Positions 13,861-31,548 of a stretch of DNA of 64,000 nucleotides are shown here, one piece after another. Positions within the stretch are counted from its first letter, which is position 1; the number at the start of each line of letters is the position of its first letter. The DNA is taken from NCBI RefSeq assembly GCF_009914755.1, contig NC_060926.1; one strand, written 5' to 3'. The stretch comes from the human T2T-CHM13v2.0 reference genome, Homo sapiens. Position numbers and translations under genes: made by a program. Under the pieces are notes generated by a model. The model was not told the DNA's origin, searched no databases, and worked only from the letters and a program-made list of their open reading frames with translations.

Positions 13861-14909
13861 TTTTAGGTATATCTGCCTTCTCATTTTGCATGTAACAAAA
13901 GCCAAACTTGAGTGAAACAAACATATGAGGTATCTCAACTCTAATCACCAGAAACAGGAGCCCAATAAAGTCTTTGAAGGATAGAAGGATATACCACTTA
14001 GCACTACATTACCTTTAAGTTTGCAGTTCAGTAAATTGTTCCCCAGTGGCCTTTAGAAAGTTAACGTAGCATGCTTATTCCATAGTGCCAGGGCAGGTCT
14101 CTCTCAAGGGAGAATTGAGTTCTCTAAAAAAAACCAAATTTAAACAAAAATAAAACTCTAAACACAAAGTGTAAGTATTACTACTTGGCCTTTAGGTACG
14201 AGGAGTTTCAACATTACCATTCAATGACAAAGGAAACACTGCTACCAACATTTGACAGAATACCATATTTATCAACAGTGAAAATCACTTTATAAACAGG
14301 CAGTTATAGCCTTGTAACATGGGGTGAAAATTTATCTCTAACTTCAACATAGTATTTTTATTCCCCAAGTTGAAAATCTGCTACAAGAAAAAGACAATGG
14401 ACATATTTGATTAGTTGACGCTACTGAAAATGACAGAGAAAACATGAAAATGAATAAACAGTGTGCATCTTTAAATAGCATTTCTGAAGATGGTGACCCT
14501 GTGAATCAAATCCAGTTTACTCAAGGGCACTGTTAAAAATGCTTACTATGTTGCTTCTGTTTTCAGTCCAGGAAGTAGTTTAGCTAAGGTTACATTCACT
14601 CATATTCAGTTTGCTTTATTAATTCTGCTTGATTTGTGTTCTTATTCTTTGTTATTCTGGCTTAGCATCGTGAGATTTCTGAAGTACTCTGTTAGGGTTA
14701 TCAAGAGTGTTGTCTCAATAACTCTTATAGATCATTACAATATGGGGGAAAAGATAATGTGCTCCACTGAGTTTTTGAAATAAACATATTTCTGTTTTTA
14801 AAGCCACAGAATATTTTGAAAACTTCTTAAATATTATGACGATTACCTAAACTCATCCCAGATTGCTGAGTAGACCACTGTCCTTGCAATTTGACTTCAG
14901 GGATCCAAC

Positions 14910-15889
14910 TGCAGCAGGATATTTCCCTGACCCCTTCACGGGACTCAGGACAGGGGTTCCTTGGTAACTCAGTCCGCTGCTCTCAACTTCTCGCAGGAGG
15001 AAGCATGCAAGCCAACGAGGCAGAGAACTAGGCAGAAACTGGAGTACATGAGTGCTGGAACCAGCTGGCCACTTCAGCACCAGCAAAAGGGAGCTCCACT
15101 CACTTGGACCTGCTATGTTTCACCCTTCATGGGAGAGATCACACAGGTGAGCAGGTTCAGGAGCCAGGGCGAGCGCCTTTGGGTGCCCGCAAGAGCAAAA
15201 TCCCGTGCACATCCTGCAGCTGCATCTAGCGGTGGGGGGCGGGGGGGGGGGGGCCTGCAATGCCTGAAGCCCCAGAGGGCGTGTTACAGTGTTCTTTTAG
15301 CTCTGCCATCCACAGATGGCTTAAATATTAACAGCTCAGTGGGCCCACGGCTGCCTTCCACCAGCGAGGGCGAAGGGCCAGTATGACAGCCTTTTGTATC
15401 CACACTCGTGGCTTCCGAGCTCTTGTCCAGTGTGCACGAAAAAAATAAGGCCACATGAACAAATTAAAGGATGGTAAATGCGGGGGATTTTATTGCCAAT
15501 GAAAGTGATTCTCAGTGGGAAGGGGAGCTGAAAAGGGGACGGAAGAGGCAGTGGGGTAATCTTCTCCTGAAGTCCTACCACCTCCAGGTGGATTCTTCTA
15601 TAAAGTTATGCCATCAAGCTGTCCCTCTGAAGTCAAGCCGCTTGTCTCCGACATCTCACCATAGTCTCCGATGTCCAGCTGCTTCTCCTCTCTGCCAGTT
15701 GATTCTGGGGTCTTTATAGGCAGGGCAGGGACATGGGTGGTTTAAGAAAAGGCAACATTTGAGCAGGAAAACAGGGATATAAATTCTCACTTTGGGCTGC
15801 AGTCTCAGGCTTTTCGGCTCGAGGATGGGCTTTTCGCCAGGGATCCGCCACTTTTCTGCCTAGAATTTCTCTGCGTCTTGTCCCTATCA
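14910..15889 (-). mobile_element. ERV1 solo LTR, LTR28-like (LTR1/LTR27/MER52 group)
   Basis: TG...CA ends and 4-bp TSD CAAC (14906-14909, 15890-15893). The minus strand begins tgatagggacaagacgcagagaaattctaggcag. GC-rich, 980 bp. Confidence 0.88.
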
Positions 15890-16409
15890 CAACCATCAAC
15901 TTCCGGCTCCTTTCAGAATAACTTGTCCTTTTCCTCACTGGTACATGGAATTTAACATTTACAGCTTCTTTTAGCTAAATATTATTGTCATTTAATCAAA
16001 CATTTCTTAAAAAGTAGATATTTAATTGTACCCTAGTGTAACTGAAGACGTTATTGAACTCTCTGTGTAAATATGCCTTTCCGGCAGAGAAGCAACATTA
16101 GATGCCTAGATGGAGTGAAAATGTTTTACCTATCAAAAAAGATACAAAAATATCATAAATGTTACATTTTTTAGTAAGTTTACAAAATGAAATGCCATCC
16201 GGTCCAAACCATAGCAACTTTATATGCGGATAAATTCCTTCATCTACTTTCCTCTAAAAATGATATGAGTATGGTATACACTAATAATGTCCTATAGATA
16301 CCCAGGTACATTAACAAATTCAAATGCATGACGAGACCAGAAAAATGTGAGTTAACTCATATGCAGAGTGAGTTTGAAATAAAATTTTGGTTTTGGTCAC
16401 CTTTGTTTT

Positions 16410-17325
16410 TAAAATTTTCTTTTGAGATAATTTCAGACTCGTGGTACAGTTGAAAAAAGTAGCACAGAGGGTTCTTGTATACCGTTCACCCAATTTCCCC
16501 TATGTTAACATCTTATATACCCATAGATGATTAATCACATCTATGAAGGTAACCTTGATATAACTGCAACCAAAGTATAGAATGCATTCTGATTTCACCA
16601 GTTTTTCCATCAATGTCATTTTTCTGTTCTAGAATCTAATCGAGGATCCTATATTACACACAGTTGTCATGTCCCTTCAGTTTCCTCCAATCTCTGAGAG
16701 TTCCTCAGTCTTTGTCTTTCATGACATTGATACTTTCATAGAATACTGGTTACATATTTTGTAGAATTTCCCTTTATTTGGATTAATCTAATGTTTTCTT
16801 ATAATAAATCAACATTATTAAAAAGGATTTCACAGAATGGTGTAACCTTTTCAGTACATTATGTCTGGGGATAAATGACATTGATATATATTGTTGTTAA
16901 TATTAACATTGATCACTTAGCTTAGGGTAGTGTCTTTCAGAATTCTCCATTGTACAGTGACTACGTTTTGCTTTGAAATTTATAAATGGTTAAGGGGAGA
17001 TACTTTGAGGATATCCAGATGTCTTCTGTTTAAATGTTTACCCAATAATTCTGGCATCCATTAGTGGAACTTAACAGTGGCAATTATTACTTATGTGTTT
17101 TAATAGTTATTTTCTATTTTTTTCATTCCTTTACATTTATGAATTATAATTCTTCGGTAAGAAAATGTTGTCACTTCTCCCCAGTTTCTTTAACGTCTTA
17201 TTTACTTGTATCAATATTGATTCATGAATATTTATTTAATTATTTGGGTTACACTACAACACTACAATACTATTATTTTGTTTAGATTGAGCAAAATTGA
17301 TGGTTGGGAAAATATTCTCCTATGC
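16410..17325 (-). mobile_element. Old L1 (L1MC/MD-type) 3' region
   Basis: ttgagataatttcagactc...ttcacccaatttcccctatgttaacatctt is typical of an antisense L1M 3'UTR. Confidence 0.7.
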
Positions 17326-17327
17326 TC

Positions 17328-17485
17328 TTTTTTTTTTTTTTTTTTTTTTTTTGAGACACAATCTCCCTCTGTTGCCCAGACTGAAGTGTAGTGGCATGAT
17401 CTTGGCTCATTGCAACCTCTGCCTCCAGGGTTCAAGCCATTCTCATGCCTCAGCCTCCCAACGTAGCTGGGATTAAAGGCATGTG
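17328..17485 (-). mobile_element. AluS right arm only, cut by L1PA
   Basis: Poly-T plus right monomer ending at ggcatgtg, abutting L1 sequence. Confidence 0.9.
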
Positions 17486-19603
<2,118 letters not shown>

Positions 19604-19845
19604 AATCTTCTTTAGTGAAGGGTCTTTTTGGGTATTTGGCCCAATTTCTAATCAGGTTGCTTGAGTTTGTTGTTGTTGTTGAATTTTAAGAGTTCTTTGC
19701 ATATTTTGGATAACAGACCTTTAACATATATCTTTTGCGAATATTTTCTCCAAGTCTATGGCTTATCTTTTTATTCTCTTAATAATTCATGGATTGTGAC
19801 TCTAAAATCATACCTAAAAAGTCATCACTAAACCCAAGGTCACTA
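19604..19845 (-). mobile_element. Old L1M ORF2 3' fragment
   Basis: gagttctttgcatattttggataacagacc...atattttctccaagtct. Confidence 0.7.
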
Positions 19846-19849
19846 TAAA

Positions 19850-20132
19850 AGGGCCAAAGAAGAAGAGAAGTTGGTTAATAGGTACAAAAATACAGCTGAT
19901 AGAATAAATAAGTTCTAGTGTTGACAGTAGTTCCACTATAGTTAACAAGAATTGATAGTATAATTCAAAACAGGTAGAAAAGATTTGAAATGTTCCCAAC
20001 ACAAAGAAATGATAAATGTTTGAGGTAATAGGTATCCCAGTTACCCCTATTTGCACAATGCACATTCCATGCTTGTATCAAAATATCACATGTACCCCAT
20101 AAGTATGTACAACATTTATGTATCAATTTTTA
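19850..20132 (+). mobile_element. L1MA-type 3' end
   Basis: tgttcccaacacaaagaaatgataaatgtttgagg...atcacatgtaccccataagtatgtac. Confidence 0.85.
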
Positions 20133-20689
20133 GAATACAGAAGGAAAAGTATGTCTTTGCACGTGCCCGAATAGCTTTATATTTGCACATTCAGTTCCCT
20201 TTTCCTGGAATGTTCTTTTCACAGACATTTTCAAGACTCTTCACACTTTCTTCAGATCACTGCTCAGAAATCATTTACTCAGAAAAGCCTTCCACGTCTC
20301 TTGTATACAAAATTATAACCCACCTCTCTGAACTCACTATCTTTTTTACTTTGGCTTTTCTCCATAATATGTTTATATTTAAGGATATTTGATTAATTAA
20401 TATAATCATCAGGACTGATTGCTTAAGGGGGTTTAATGTGTTCAATTTGAGTTTATCTAAATTAGTCATTCATTACAAGTCAACATGATTGTTGATTTTT
20501 AACACATTTCTAAATACTATTTCAAAATCTGTAAGTTGAATTCAAAGGCTTAATACACGTTTCATTTTATAAATTCACTATGTATTCAAAAGTCAACTAA
20601 CTGTAAATAATTATTTAAATGTCCAAAATCCTCTCATAGATCTTCTTTGACACCACTCATCCTTCATATTTCCACTTAAAATTAACTTC

Positions 20690-20900
20690 TTTGGAATATA
20701 TCTTTTTAATCCCTTAAGTCTGGGTTAAGGCTTCTTGTATATGCCTCTAGAACACCCTTTTCTAAGAATATTTATCCCACAGTACTGTTATTAGCAATTT
20801 GTCTCCCAGTACCTAGCACAGTCTCTAGCACATAGCAGGCACTCAAGAAATATTTGTGGAAAGAAAGAGCAAGGATGGAAGGAAGGAATAATGAGAAAGA
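20690..20900 (+). mobile_element. L2 3' end
   Basis: acctagcacagtctctagcacatagcaggcactcaagaaatatttgtggaa. Confidence 0.7.
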
Positions 20901-22725
20901 TGGAGAAAGAGAGGGTGAAGGAAGGAAGGAAGCAGCCCTTCTCTACTTATGGGTAGTGAACCTTCAAATATCCTGCATTCTTTTTAACCTCTCCAAGATA
21001 TCAAAATTTTCACAGTGAAATATATTAAAATATAAGCACCTCTTCAATTCAGTTACACCCCTTATAATTTAAGCTTTGCATTCAAGCTTAAGAAAAAGAG
21101 AAAAAAGAAAACATTCTTCCTGACTGTCAAGTAATGCTTAAGCAAACTCCTATTGGTTTACTAACGCTACATCCACGTGGCAAGAATTTTCAGAATATGA
21201 AATTCTGTTACTTTTGTATGTTCCATATAGGCCTACGTACAATATACACTATTATGAAATAGTAAATAAAACACCACTGTTTCTTGACTTCACATTTTTT
21301 ATTTTGTTGCTTGGTTTCTTTGCTCTCAAATTTTCAACTCATCCTTGCCTCTTGAAGCAGAAATTTTAAGGATGGGAGAGGTTTGAGGATAAAGTCTTAG
21401 TTCTGCACTCTATCCAAGTCTTTCAGGAGACCCTTCAAGATACTTACATGTGCAAAAGCAGATTATCTTCTTAACTCTCTAGCATTTCACATCAGTCCTC
21501 CTCTCTTTCCTCTCTTTCTCCTATCCTTTGTGCCAGCGCCATCCTGTTCATCTTTCTTTAAATACATCATAATCACTAATGCCTTCACATCTGCTATGCC
21601 TGTGTTCTGTACTGCCCCCCTCACTTATACTTCTTTTATCTCAACTCTCCACATGAAAATCAATCATCCTGTCCTCTGTGTTCCCAAAGTCTAAACTACA
21701 TCACTATGTCTACTATACGTTATTTGCGATAAACATAAATATAATTACACCTAGCAAAAAGAAGAACATTTCCCGCCATACTATTGTTTTAGAACTACAC
21801 TGTGTTTGGTTTAACATGCAAGTTCATTTCAGATAGAAAGGCAAACCTTGAGAGGCCTCGGCATGAGCAGAAAAATTACAAAATCTTTTCTACAGAAGAA
21901 AAAATAATTTGCTGGTTTTTTCTCTGGGATACGAAGGAGCAGGGCAAGAGACAAAGGAAATGGTGATGGATGATGAAAAGCTCATGATTTAAAATGTGAT
22001 TCCAACATGTGTTGCTACATATCTACATTATAAATTCATGAAATGTTTGCATAACAGAGATTTTGTGAAACAATGGTGAACTTTGGAATTTTCCACTCAT
22101 GTGGCAGAAGTAAAATTATGACAGAAAGGATAGAAGCAATTAGGGAATAACTAAGAAAAAGTATATAAAAATTAAAGTTATAAAGTTTCGGGGGTTTGAA
22201 GCAATTTTATACAAACTTCGCACAGCTTGTGATCACTCAGGTTTCATTTTAGGTTCCCTGTCTTGGACCTTACGATCTAGCATGTATTAGCCAGCTACCT
22301 CTTGTATGTAATCATCTACTCTCAGACGCAATCGAGGTTGTGGATGTTCTTTCCTTGACTCCAATCTGTTGAAAAAATTGTATAAGGATATAGAGCAGCC
22401 TGACCAAGCATAAGTCGTGATTGCTCTTGGAATACACCTCAAAGTCGAAACACAGTTTTGGAAATCACGCTTACTCTGTTTCATGGTGTCAAGCCAGGCA
22501 CATAGAAAGTGGTATGTGAACTTGGTAGACGAGTAATTCTAAGTAACTCCCACATCAGCAGCTGACTGGAAGTTGTTTTCAATACAGTTTAATTGACACA
22601 CCATGTTTTAAGAAATTGAAGAAATATTTCCTAGAAGAAGGGATAAAAGTTTGTTGCAAATGCATTTAAACTGTTAAGTTTCCCTCTCCTGTTTTCCCTA
22701 TTGAGAGAGAAATCCCTAGCACTTA

Positions 22726-23360
<635 letters not shown>

Positions 23361-23988
23361 CTAGGATTGAAGGTCAAATTTCATACTACCATCAGTAAGA
23401 GAATAGACCAGAAACATTTAAAGACATATGGGTCTTTTTAAGTAGGCCATTCAGCAAAATACTCGGAAGTCATTTTGAAAAATTAGTCCCAGAGAGCGGG
23501 CTTATAGTAATTCTTTAATAGAAAAATTATGGACAACATGAGCAGGTTTAGAGGCCACAAATTCTTAGAATTAATGACTGTAATTCAGAAAAATTAGAGT
23601 GATGTGGCATTAGCAATTCTATGGCACTAAGAAAAAAGTCAGCTTGCCAGACTGAATGTGTGGGGAATTTTAACTGAGGCAAGTATGGTGCAACTGCTAA
23701 GAGGTGAGCTTAAACTGGTCCTTCATCCTTAGTAAGATGACATAGCAGTCATGAGTAGTACACAGTGAGTATTTCCCTTCCTTGTCTCTTCCTAGCACAT
23801 GGTAATATTGCTGTCCCCCATCTCCTTTGCTGTTGGGCATTGCCACCTAACTTGCTTCAACTAATAAAATTAGAGTAGAAGTGATGGAGTCACTTCCAAG
23901 TCAAAGACATTCAGAATCAGTACATAAGTTGTCATTCCCATTTCCCACTGCTGCAGTAAATCAAGAAAGCACATGTCAAGATGAAGTC

Positions 23989-24784
23989 ATGGATTCAACC
24001 TAAATGCTCATCAGTGATAGACTGTATAAAGAAAATGTGGTACACATATACCATGGAATACTCTGCATCCACAGTAAAAGACAAGAACATGTCCCTTGCA
24101 GGGATATAGATGGCACTGGAGGCCATTATCCCTAGCAAACTAACACAGGAACAGTGATATATAAGTCCATTTTCATACTGCTGTGAAGAAATACCTGAGA
24201 TTGGGTAATTTATAAAGAAAAAGAGGTTTAACGGACTCACAGTTCTACATAGCTAGGGAGGCCTAACAATCATGGAAGAAGGCAAGAGGGAGCAAAGTCA
24301 CATCTTACATGGTGGTGGGCAAGAGAGTATATGCAGGGGAACTGCCCTTTACAATACCATCAGATCTCGTGAGACTTATTCACCAACATGAAAACAGCAC
24401 AGAAAAAAATTGCTCCCATGATTAAATTACCTCCCACTGGGTCCCTCCCACGACACATGGGGATTATGGGAACTACAATTCAAGATGAGATTTGGGTGGG
24501 GACACAGCCAGACAATATCAAACAGAAAACCAAATACCACATGTTCCTACTTGTAAGTGGAGCTAAATGATGAGAACACATGGAGACATAGAGGGGAACA
24601 ACATACATGGGGGGCTCTCTGAGGGTGCAAGGTGGGAGAAAGGAGAAGATCAGGAAAAATAACTAATAGGTACTAGGCTCAATACCTGAGTGATGAAGTA
24701 ATCTTTCCAAAAATCCCCATGACACAAGTTTACCTATGTAACAAACCTGCACTTATGCCCCTGAACTTAAAAAGCTTTAAACAA
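23989..24784 (+). mobile_element. 5'-truncated older L1PA (PA13-16-like), split by THE1
   Basis: ORF2 end and 3'UTR. TSD aagatgaagtc (23978-23988) / aagataaagtc (24785-24795). Confidence 0.88.
24155..24520 (-). mobile_element. THE1B/C solo LTR
   Basis: Typical THE1 sequence with TSD AACAG (24150-24154, 24521-24525). Confidence 0.93.
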
Positions 24785-25220
24785 AAGATAAAGTCTCCAT
24801 CTGCCTCAGTCTCTGGTTGTCCTCAAAGAACATAGACATATAATATGATTGAAAAATAAACCTACATTGTTGTAAGCTCTGTTAGACACACCCCAAGGTG
24901 ACACTCAGCACTGTGGACCTCCTGGTGTTTCAGATTTTCCATAATATTCCTCCCCTTGAGTGTGGATGGAATTTTCTTCTATGATTTGCTTATATTCAAT
25001 ACAATTTGGTAAAGATAATGGGAGGAGGTCATTTCTGTGATTATGTTACAACATATATATAACTCTGTCTTGCTGTCAAATGCACCAGAGACTTCCCTCC
25101 CTTACCCTGAAGAAGTAAGCTGCCATGAAATAAGGGTCTGTGCTGGAGAAGCTTGTTGGCAATTATTGGAGGCAGCATCTAGAGGCTAAGAGTGGCCTCA
25201 AGCATAAAACTGAAGCCTCA

Positions 25221-25587
<367 letters not shown>

Positions 25588-25702
25588 GGGGATCTTAGAA
25601 ATGGATCTTTCTTTAATCAAGCCTCTGATGAAACTACAGCCCCAACCAACATTTTAATTGCCACCTGATGATAGTCTGATACAGAGAACTCAGAACCCCA
25701 AC

Positions 25703-25920
25703 TTTTTTTCCTTCAACTTTTAAGTTCTAGGGTGCATGTGCAGAATGTGTAGGTTTGTTACAGAGGTAAACGTGTGGCATCGTGGTTTGCTGCACAGTTC
25801 AACTCATCACCAAGGTATTAAGTGCAGCATCTATTAGCTAGTCTTGCTGATGCTCTCCCTCCCCCAACCCCACCCCCGACAGGCCCCAGTGTGTGCTGTT
25901 TCCCCACCATGTGTCCATGT
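25703..25920 (-). mobile_element. Short L1PA 3' end (PA8-11-like)
   Basis: Antisense 3'UTR. TSD agaaccccaactt (25692-25704) / agaaccccgactt (25921-25933). Confidence 0.88.
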
Positions 25921-26119
25921 AGAACCCCGACTTCTGACCAGAATAAACTGTGGGATAATTAATGGGTGTGTTTTAGGACCCCAAGTTTATGGTAACTTGT
26001 TATGCAGCAACAGAAAAATAATACATAAGCCATTGATTTTTGGAAGTTGTTTGTTATTTCAAAATAACCTATTCCATTCCTTCTGACAGAAGGAATCAGA
26101 ATAAGGTCAAATTTTGTGT

Positions 26120-26258
26120 TTATACCCTGGTGCAATATACCCAGGTAACAAACCTATAAGGGTACCCCCTGTATCTAAAATGGTGACAGAGCGAGACTCC
26201 ATCTCAAAAAAAAAACACAAAACAACAACAACAAAAAAAAAACAAAAACAAAAAAAAA
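26120..26258 (+). mobile_element. L1PA/PB 3' tip joined to a 24-nt Alu 3' tip with an A-rich tail
   Basis: gcaatatacccaggtaacaaacc...tatctaaaat, then ggtgacagagcgagactccatctc and an A/CAA tail. Confidence 0.75.
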
Positions 26259-27532
26259 GGATGTCCAAGACTTTTGCCTGCAAATTTGTTTATGGTATGA
26301 ATGGTCCCAGCAACTAACAAACTCCAAAGATCCACTGCTTTTGTTTTCCCAGGTATATATAGTGTGCTATCACATGCAGTGGGCTTGCCCCCATATATGT
26401 GGAACAGATTCAAGGTAAAAAACCAGCCAGGAATTCTTTGAGATAGAAATGCTCACCAGCTGATTTAGATCACAATGAGCATGGGCCTCTTAAAATAGTA
26501 TGCATAGATAAACTTGATTTTTGTATCCCGGAATTCTCAAACTGATTTGAGAATAATGTGCCAAGTTCATTTGCACCACTCGACACCCTCTGGAACACTA
26601 CCACATACCCTCAGATCTACATGCCTCCTTCTTTGAGATGTGCAATCTTACAACAGTCAGCTATACAAATTAGCTACAGGATAAATGCATGGTAACTTCT
26701 GTGTAAGTAATTCTCTCTAGACTCTGAATCTTCAGAGAAGGGACCCGCCTCATTTAGCTGCTGCTTCTCAAAGCTTAGCGTGGTATCTGGCAGTTGATTC
26801 ATAGTTATTGAAATGGAACGGAAGGGAAAGGAAGGGAAGATAATAGAATGGAATGCCCTGATGGTTTTTTGACTATTGCTCATTGGCCTGGATGTTGATA
26901 GAGCTGTAGTTCCAGGACATGATTTGTGGTAGGGAAAGAACAAGAAGACATGACTCTGCTACTGAAAAGGGAGACACCAGATGCAAATGAGATCAATTAG
27001 GATTTATTTCGAGAAAATTTGGAATTAGGATTCACTGGAAATAGTATTTGCTGTTCATTTGAATTGAAGGGAAATAAACTCAGCAGCTGTGTGGGTGACC
27101 GTATGCACTAAAATGGGAAAAAAAGTTACAAAGCAGAAAGAATAGGGTCATCACAAAGACAGTGCAAAATGGGAAGCCAGGCAGGAAGTGGGAGAGAGGC
27201 CAAGAGAGAGAAGTAAAATGACTGACTTCTTGATGACTGAAGACTTCCCATTCCATCCTTGGGTTTATTGCAATTAAATAATTCTTTTATGCTAAAGAAA
27301 ATTGTGTCTGACTTATTTTGAAGTATAGAATTTATGAAATGTATCTCTAGTAAGACATGGTGTTTCCCCAAGGTCTGGTTATTTTTATGCTAAATTCTAA
27401 TGTACTATATGGCATGAGCAGGATTCTCCAACAGAGGCTAAAGGATAAAGCAAGGCACTTTGGAAATTTTAAGTGGTAAGAAGAGATTGCATTTAGCACC
27501 ACCTACCAGAGAGCATTTGTGTTATTCCAAGG

Positions 27533-28038
27533 CAGGAGTGTTAAATCTTCATAACTTCCTAGTGGGGCCATGGATAGAATTCAGGTAGTTCAGGAACTCC
27601 GACAGGAAAAAAAAGATACCCTTAGTTTTATCAACCTCTACCTAAAAAATAGCAATTTCCTTCAATTATGGATGTAGGAAAATAATCAGTAATTTAAAGG
27701 AATAACTGTAACTTTGTCATCAATCAAAATCAGACATTTTCATATCTCACTATGATTGTTCTTGAAATCTTGACCTATTATTTAGGTAGATCACAACTTA
27801 ATGATGGTAGGTAGGTATTAGACCCACCATTAACTAGTGTTATTTAATGCATAAATAAGGAAGCACATAATTATTATATCATAAAATTGTTTAATACTTT
27901 GATTCTACATTTCAATATAATTGGCTTTCTTCGTAATCCTATGTATTTTATTATATACATGTTAAAACATTATTCTAAGAAAACCTTCACCAGATTTTCA
28001 AATAGGTGCAGGGCAAATAAAAAGATTTAGAAACGCTA
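27533..28038. mobile_element. MER113-like hAT-Charlie element
   Basis: ccatggatagaattcagg...atttcaatataattggctttcttcgtaatcctatgtatttt...cttcaccaga. Confidence 0.75.
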
Positions 28039-29419
28039 CTGCAGATACTAAAGACAGGGGAGAATTAGGTAATTTGATTATGAGGATCTAAAGAATCAAA
28101 TCAATAGAAACCAGGGGAAAACCAGGCAGAACCAGACTCCTAAATTTCTGAGAGTTACTATATTTCTTATGCCCATATTTGGACTTTTTATACCTACTGT
28201 GTTAAACATTTGAATGTATCTTTGAAGGATCTTAGCAACAAATATAAAAGATGGAACATTTTGTTTCTGCTATAGTTTAAGTCTCTGTATGCTACAGTTG
28301 ACGAGACATCAGGCTGTATTATACTGAGTCAAATCACTCAAGTGGACTACCAGTTAAAGAATATAAACGGATTTGGGTTTGGAAGAACTAATGAAAAAAA
28401 TGTAAACCTTATCACATCCATTATTTATTTTCTCTTATAAAGAAATGTTAAAGTCATTTTTTCATAACTTAAAAACCTATGTTTATATATAGTCTAGTTT
28501 TGATTTTAAATAAGTGTTTTGTCAGCCCCCAGTTATCACCTAAACTAATTTGAGAAACAGAATTTGTGACTAGAATTACAAATGAGTGGGTTTGGAACTT
28601 ATGGCACTTAGGGAGTAAAGGACCATCAACAGTAATTACTTCATTTCCCCTTGAAGGCCCCTGAGAAGAAAAGTATAGCGTTTTCCTACTGAGGAAACTC
28701 AGTGTTCAGTAGACCATGCACAATTATAAAATTAGCTAATTGATAACTTATTAACATTAGAAGCATGCATGTTCATTAGTAGATAGACTTTTAAAATACA
28801 TTTCTGTTCCAATTCCAAATGAATATTTTAAATGAGACCTATCAAGAAACTTTGTTTTAATTAATTTTATATTTCATCCTTTGTATTGTTTATCTCTGAT
28901 TAGTTCTAGTCTCTTTTAGAAGTTCAAGCATAAGTAAAGGAAGGCACCCACTATGAGATCTTTGAAGTTTCCTGCAATTACAATTTGATCCTTGTCATTA
29001 TTCTAAGAATACTGAAAATCATCAGCAAAACTGCAACAGAGAGCAGCCCAGATAAAGAAAGGCCACTTCTGACTGCCTTCTTAACATAGGAAGGCACAAT
29101 CCTTAGTTCTCAACTGTATGAGGGCAATGAACACTGTATAAAGGAAGAATAGCTGATAGGAGCATAAACATGTGCTCAATATCCCTGAAGATCCATTTTA
29201 TGAAAAGACAGTTTGAACTATTCCGCTTGATCTACAAAATTCTGTAGTAAATTTTGCTCTGCTGAAAATAAGAATGAAGGGAGAAAAATAGAGATTCCCT
29301 CTATATTGCAATGGTCAAACAAAGGTTAACTAAACAATGAAAATGCTTGGTTCTAAAAATCTCTTAATGCTGTGGTTAATGGAAGTGTTTGAAAGCTACT
29401 TAATAGAAGGGTAAAGCCA

Positions 29420-29580
29420 CGTGTCCTAGGGAAAGTGATTTCATGGGCCTCAGATAACTCATGAGTAAAAGGAAAAATTTAACAATCCTTTCACAGGGAT
29501 GTTGTAAGGATTTCAGGAAACAATAAAAGAACAGTGCCTACTAAAGTGCCTGACACATAGCAGATACTCAATACATTTTA
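29420..29580 (+). mobile_element. MIR
   Basis: tcacagggatgttgtaagga...agtgcctgacacatagcagatactcaatac. Confidence 0.7.
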
Positions 29581-30039
29581 GTACCCTGCCTTCTTGTGCT
29601 ATTTCTTGTATCCCTACTGACCATCAAGTGGAGTAGCACAATCAAGAACAAATGAAATGCATGTTGATTTCAGGTGTCAGGTGAGATAAAATCAAGAGGA
29701 AAAACAAACATAAATTTAAAGTGATTGAACTTGAAAAGGGACTAAGGCTAAAGGAAGTAAAGGGAAGAGATGGCAACAAAGGAATACATCTCAAATGAGT
29801 AATAAAATAGCTCACGCTTAGATGTCCTTATTTCCGAGTTTGAATCTGAGAGCTTTTTTTAGTTTCTCCTGAGTCTATAGTCTCTGCAGTATTCTCCCTC
29901 AATTTCCAGGAAAATTCCTGTCTTTATGATGTTTCCAATAATTTAAAAGATATGAATTTACAGCAGTACATAATAATCTTTCTTATTGCATAGTGTCTTA
30001 GGGGTAATTAGAGGATGAAATTTTCTATTTTAGAATGCT

Positions 30040-30390
30040 TGCTATGGTCTAAATGTGTCTCCCCAAAATTCATATGTTGACATCCTAACCCCCAAGGTGA
30101 CGACATTAGGAGGCAGGGCCTTTTGGAGGTAATTAGGTCATGAGAGCAGAACCCTCCTGAATAGATTAGTGCCCTTATGAAAGAGGACCAAGTGAGTCCA
30201 CTGTCCCTTCTGCCAAATGAGAACATAGTGAGAAGTCAACAGCCTGCAACTCGAAAGAGGCCTCTCCCCAGAACTCAACCGACCATGCTGGCACCCTGAC
30301 CTCACCTCTGGACTTACGAGAAATAATTTTCTGTGTTTAAGCTGCCTAGTTGATGATATTTTGTTATAGGAGCCCAAACAGACTAAGACA
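30040..30390 (+). mobile_element. MLT1A-type solo LTR
   Basis: tgctatggtctaaatgtgtc...gactaagaca. TSD atgct/atgcc. Confidence 0.88.
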
Positions 30391-30929
30391 ATGCCATAGC
30401 CCAAATGGCTGCCTTATTGAAGTTAGAATGAGGGACGAGAAAAAGAGAAAGGAAAACAAAGAGATGAAAGGAAAGAAAGAGAAAAGGAGGGAGGGAGATA
30501 GAGAAAAAGGCTGAAAGAATGAATATAATTCACTTTTTAAAAATCTGATTTCAATTCCGTGAGTAGAGGTTGGTTTTGAGAACAGAGACTCATCGTGTTT
30601 CTGTAAACCAAAGTCCAATAAGGCATGGATTGTTTGCAAAAATAGAAGAAAGTACATCACCCTTCCCTTCTACTTTTTCCTCTAGAATCCTATTTATACT
30701 TCTTTGTTGCTATACCTTCAGGAATGCAAAATGGAACTGGTAAAATTCCAGAAAAGGAAAACTAAGGCAATCACAAGGATTCAGAGTGGGACTAGTGCTA
30801 GGGAAGACAGCCAGCAAGACAAGAAGGGACTAAAAGGAGTAGAAAGACAAAATCAGGATGCTAAGCAGATTAAAATCTTAAAAATATGAAAATGTGATGA
30901 TTGATGTGACTAAAACAAGCATAGACTTA

Positions 30930-31548
<619 letters not shown>

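Noticed and set aside
14853-15938. Cluster of overlapping ORFs or a CpG-island promoter
   Set aside because: Explained by a GC-rich solo LTR with TSDs.
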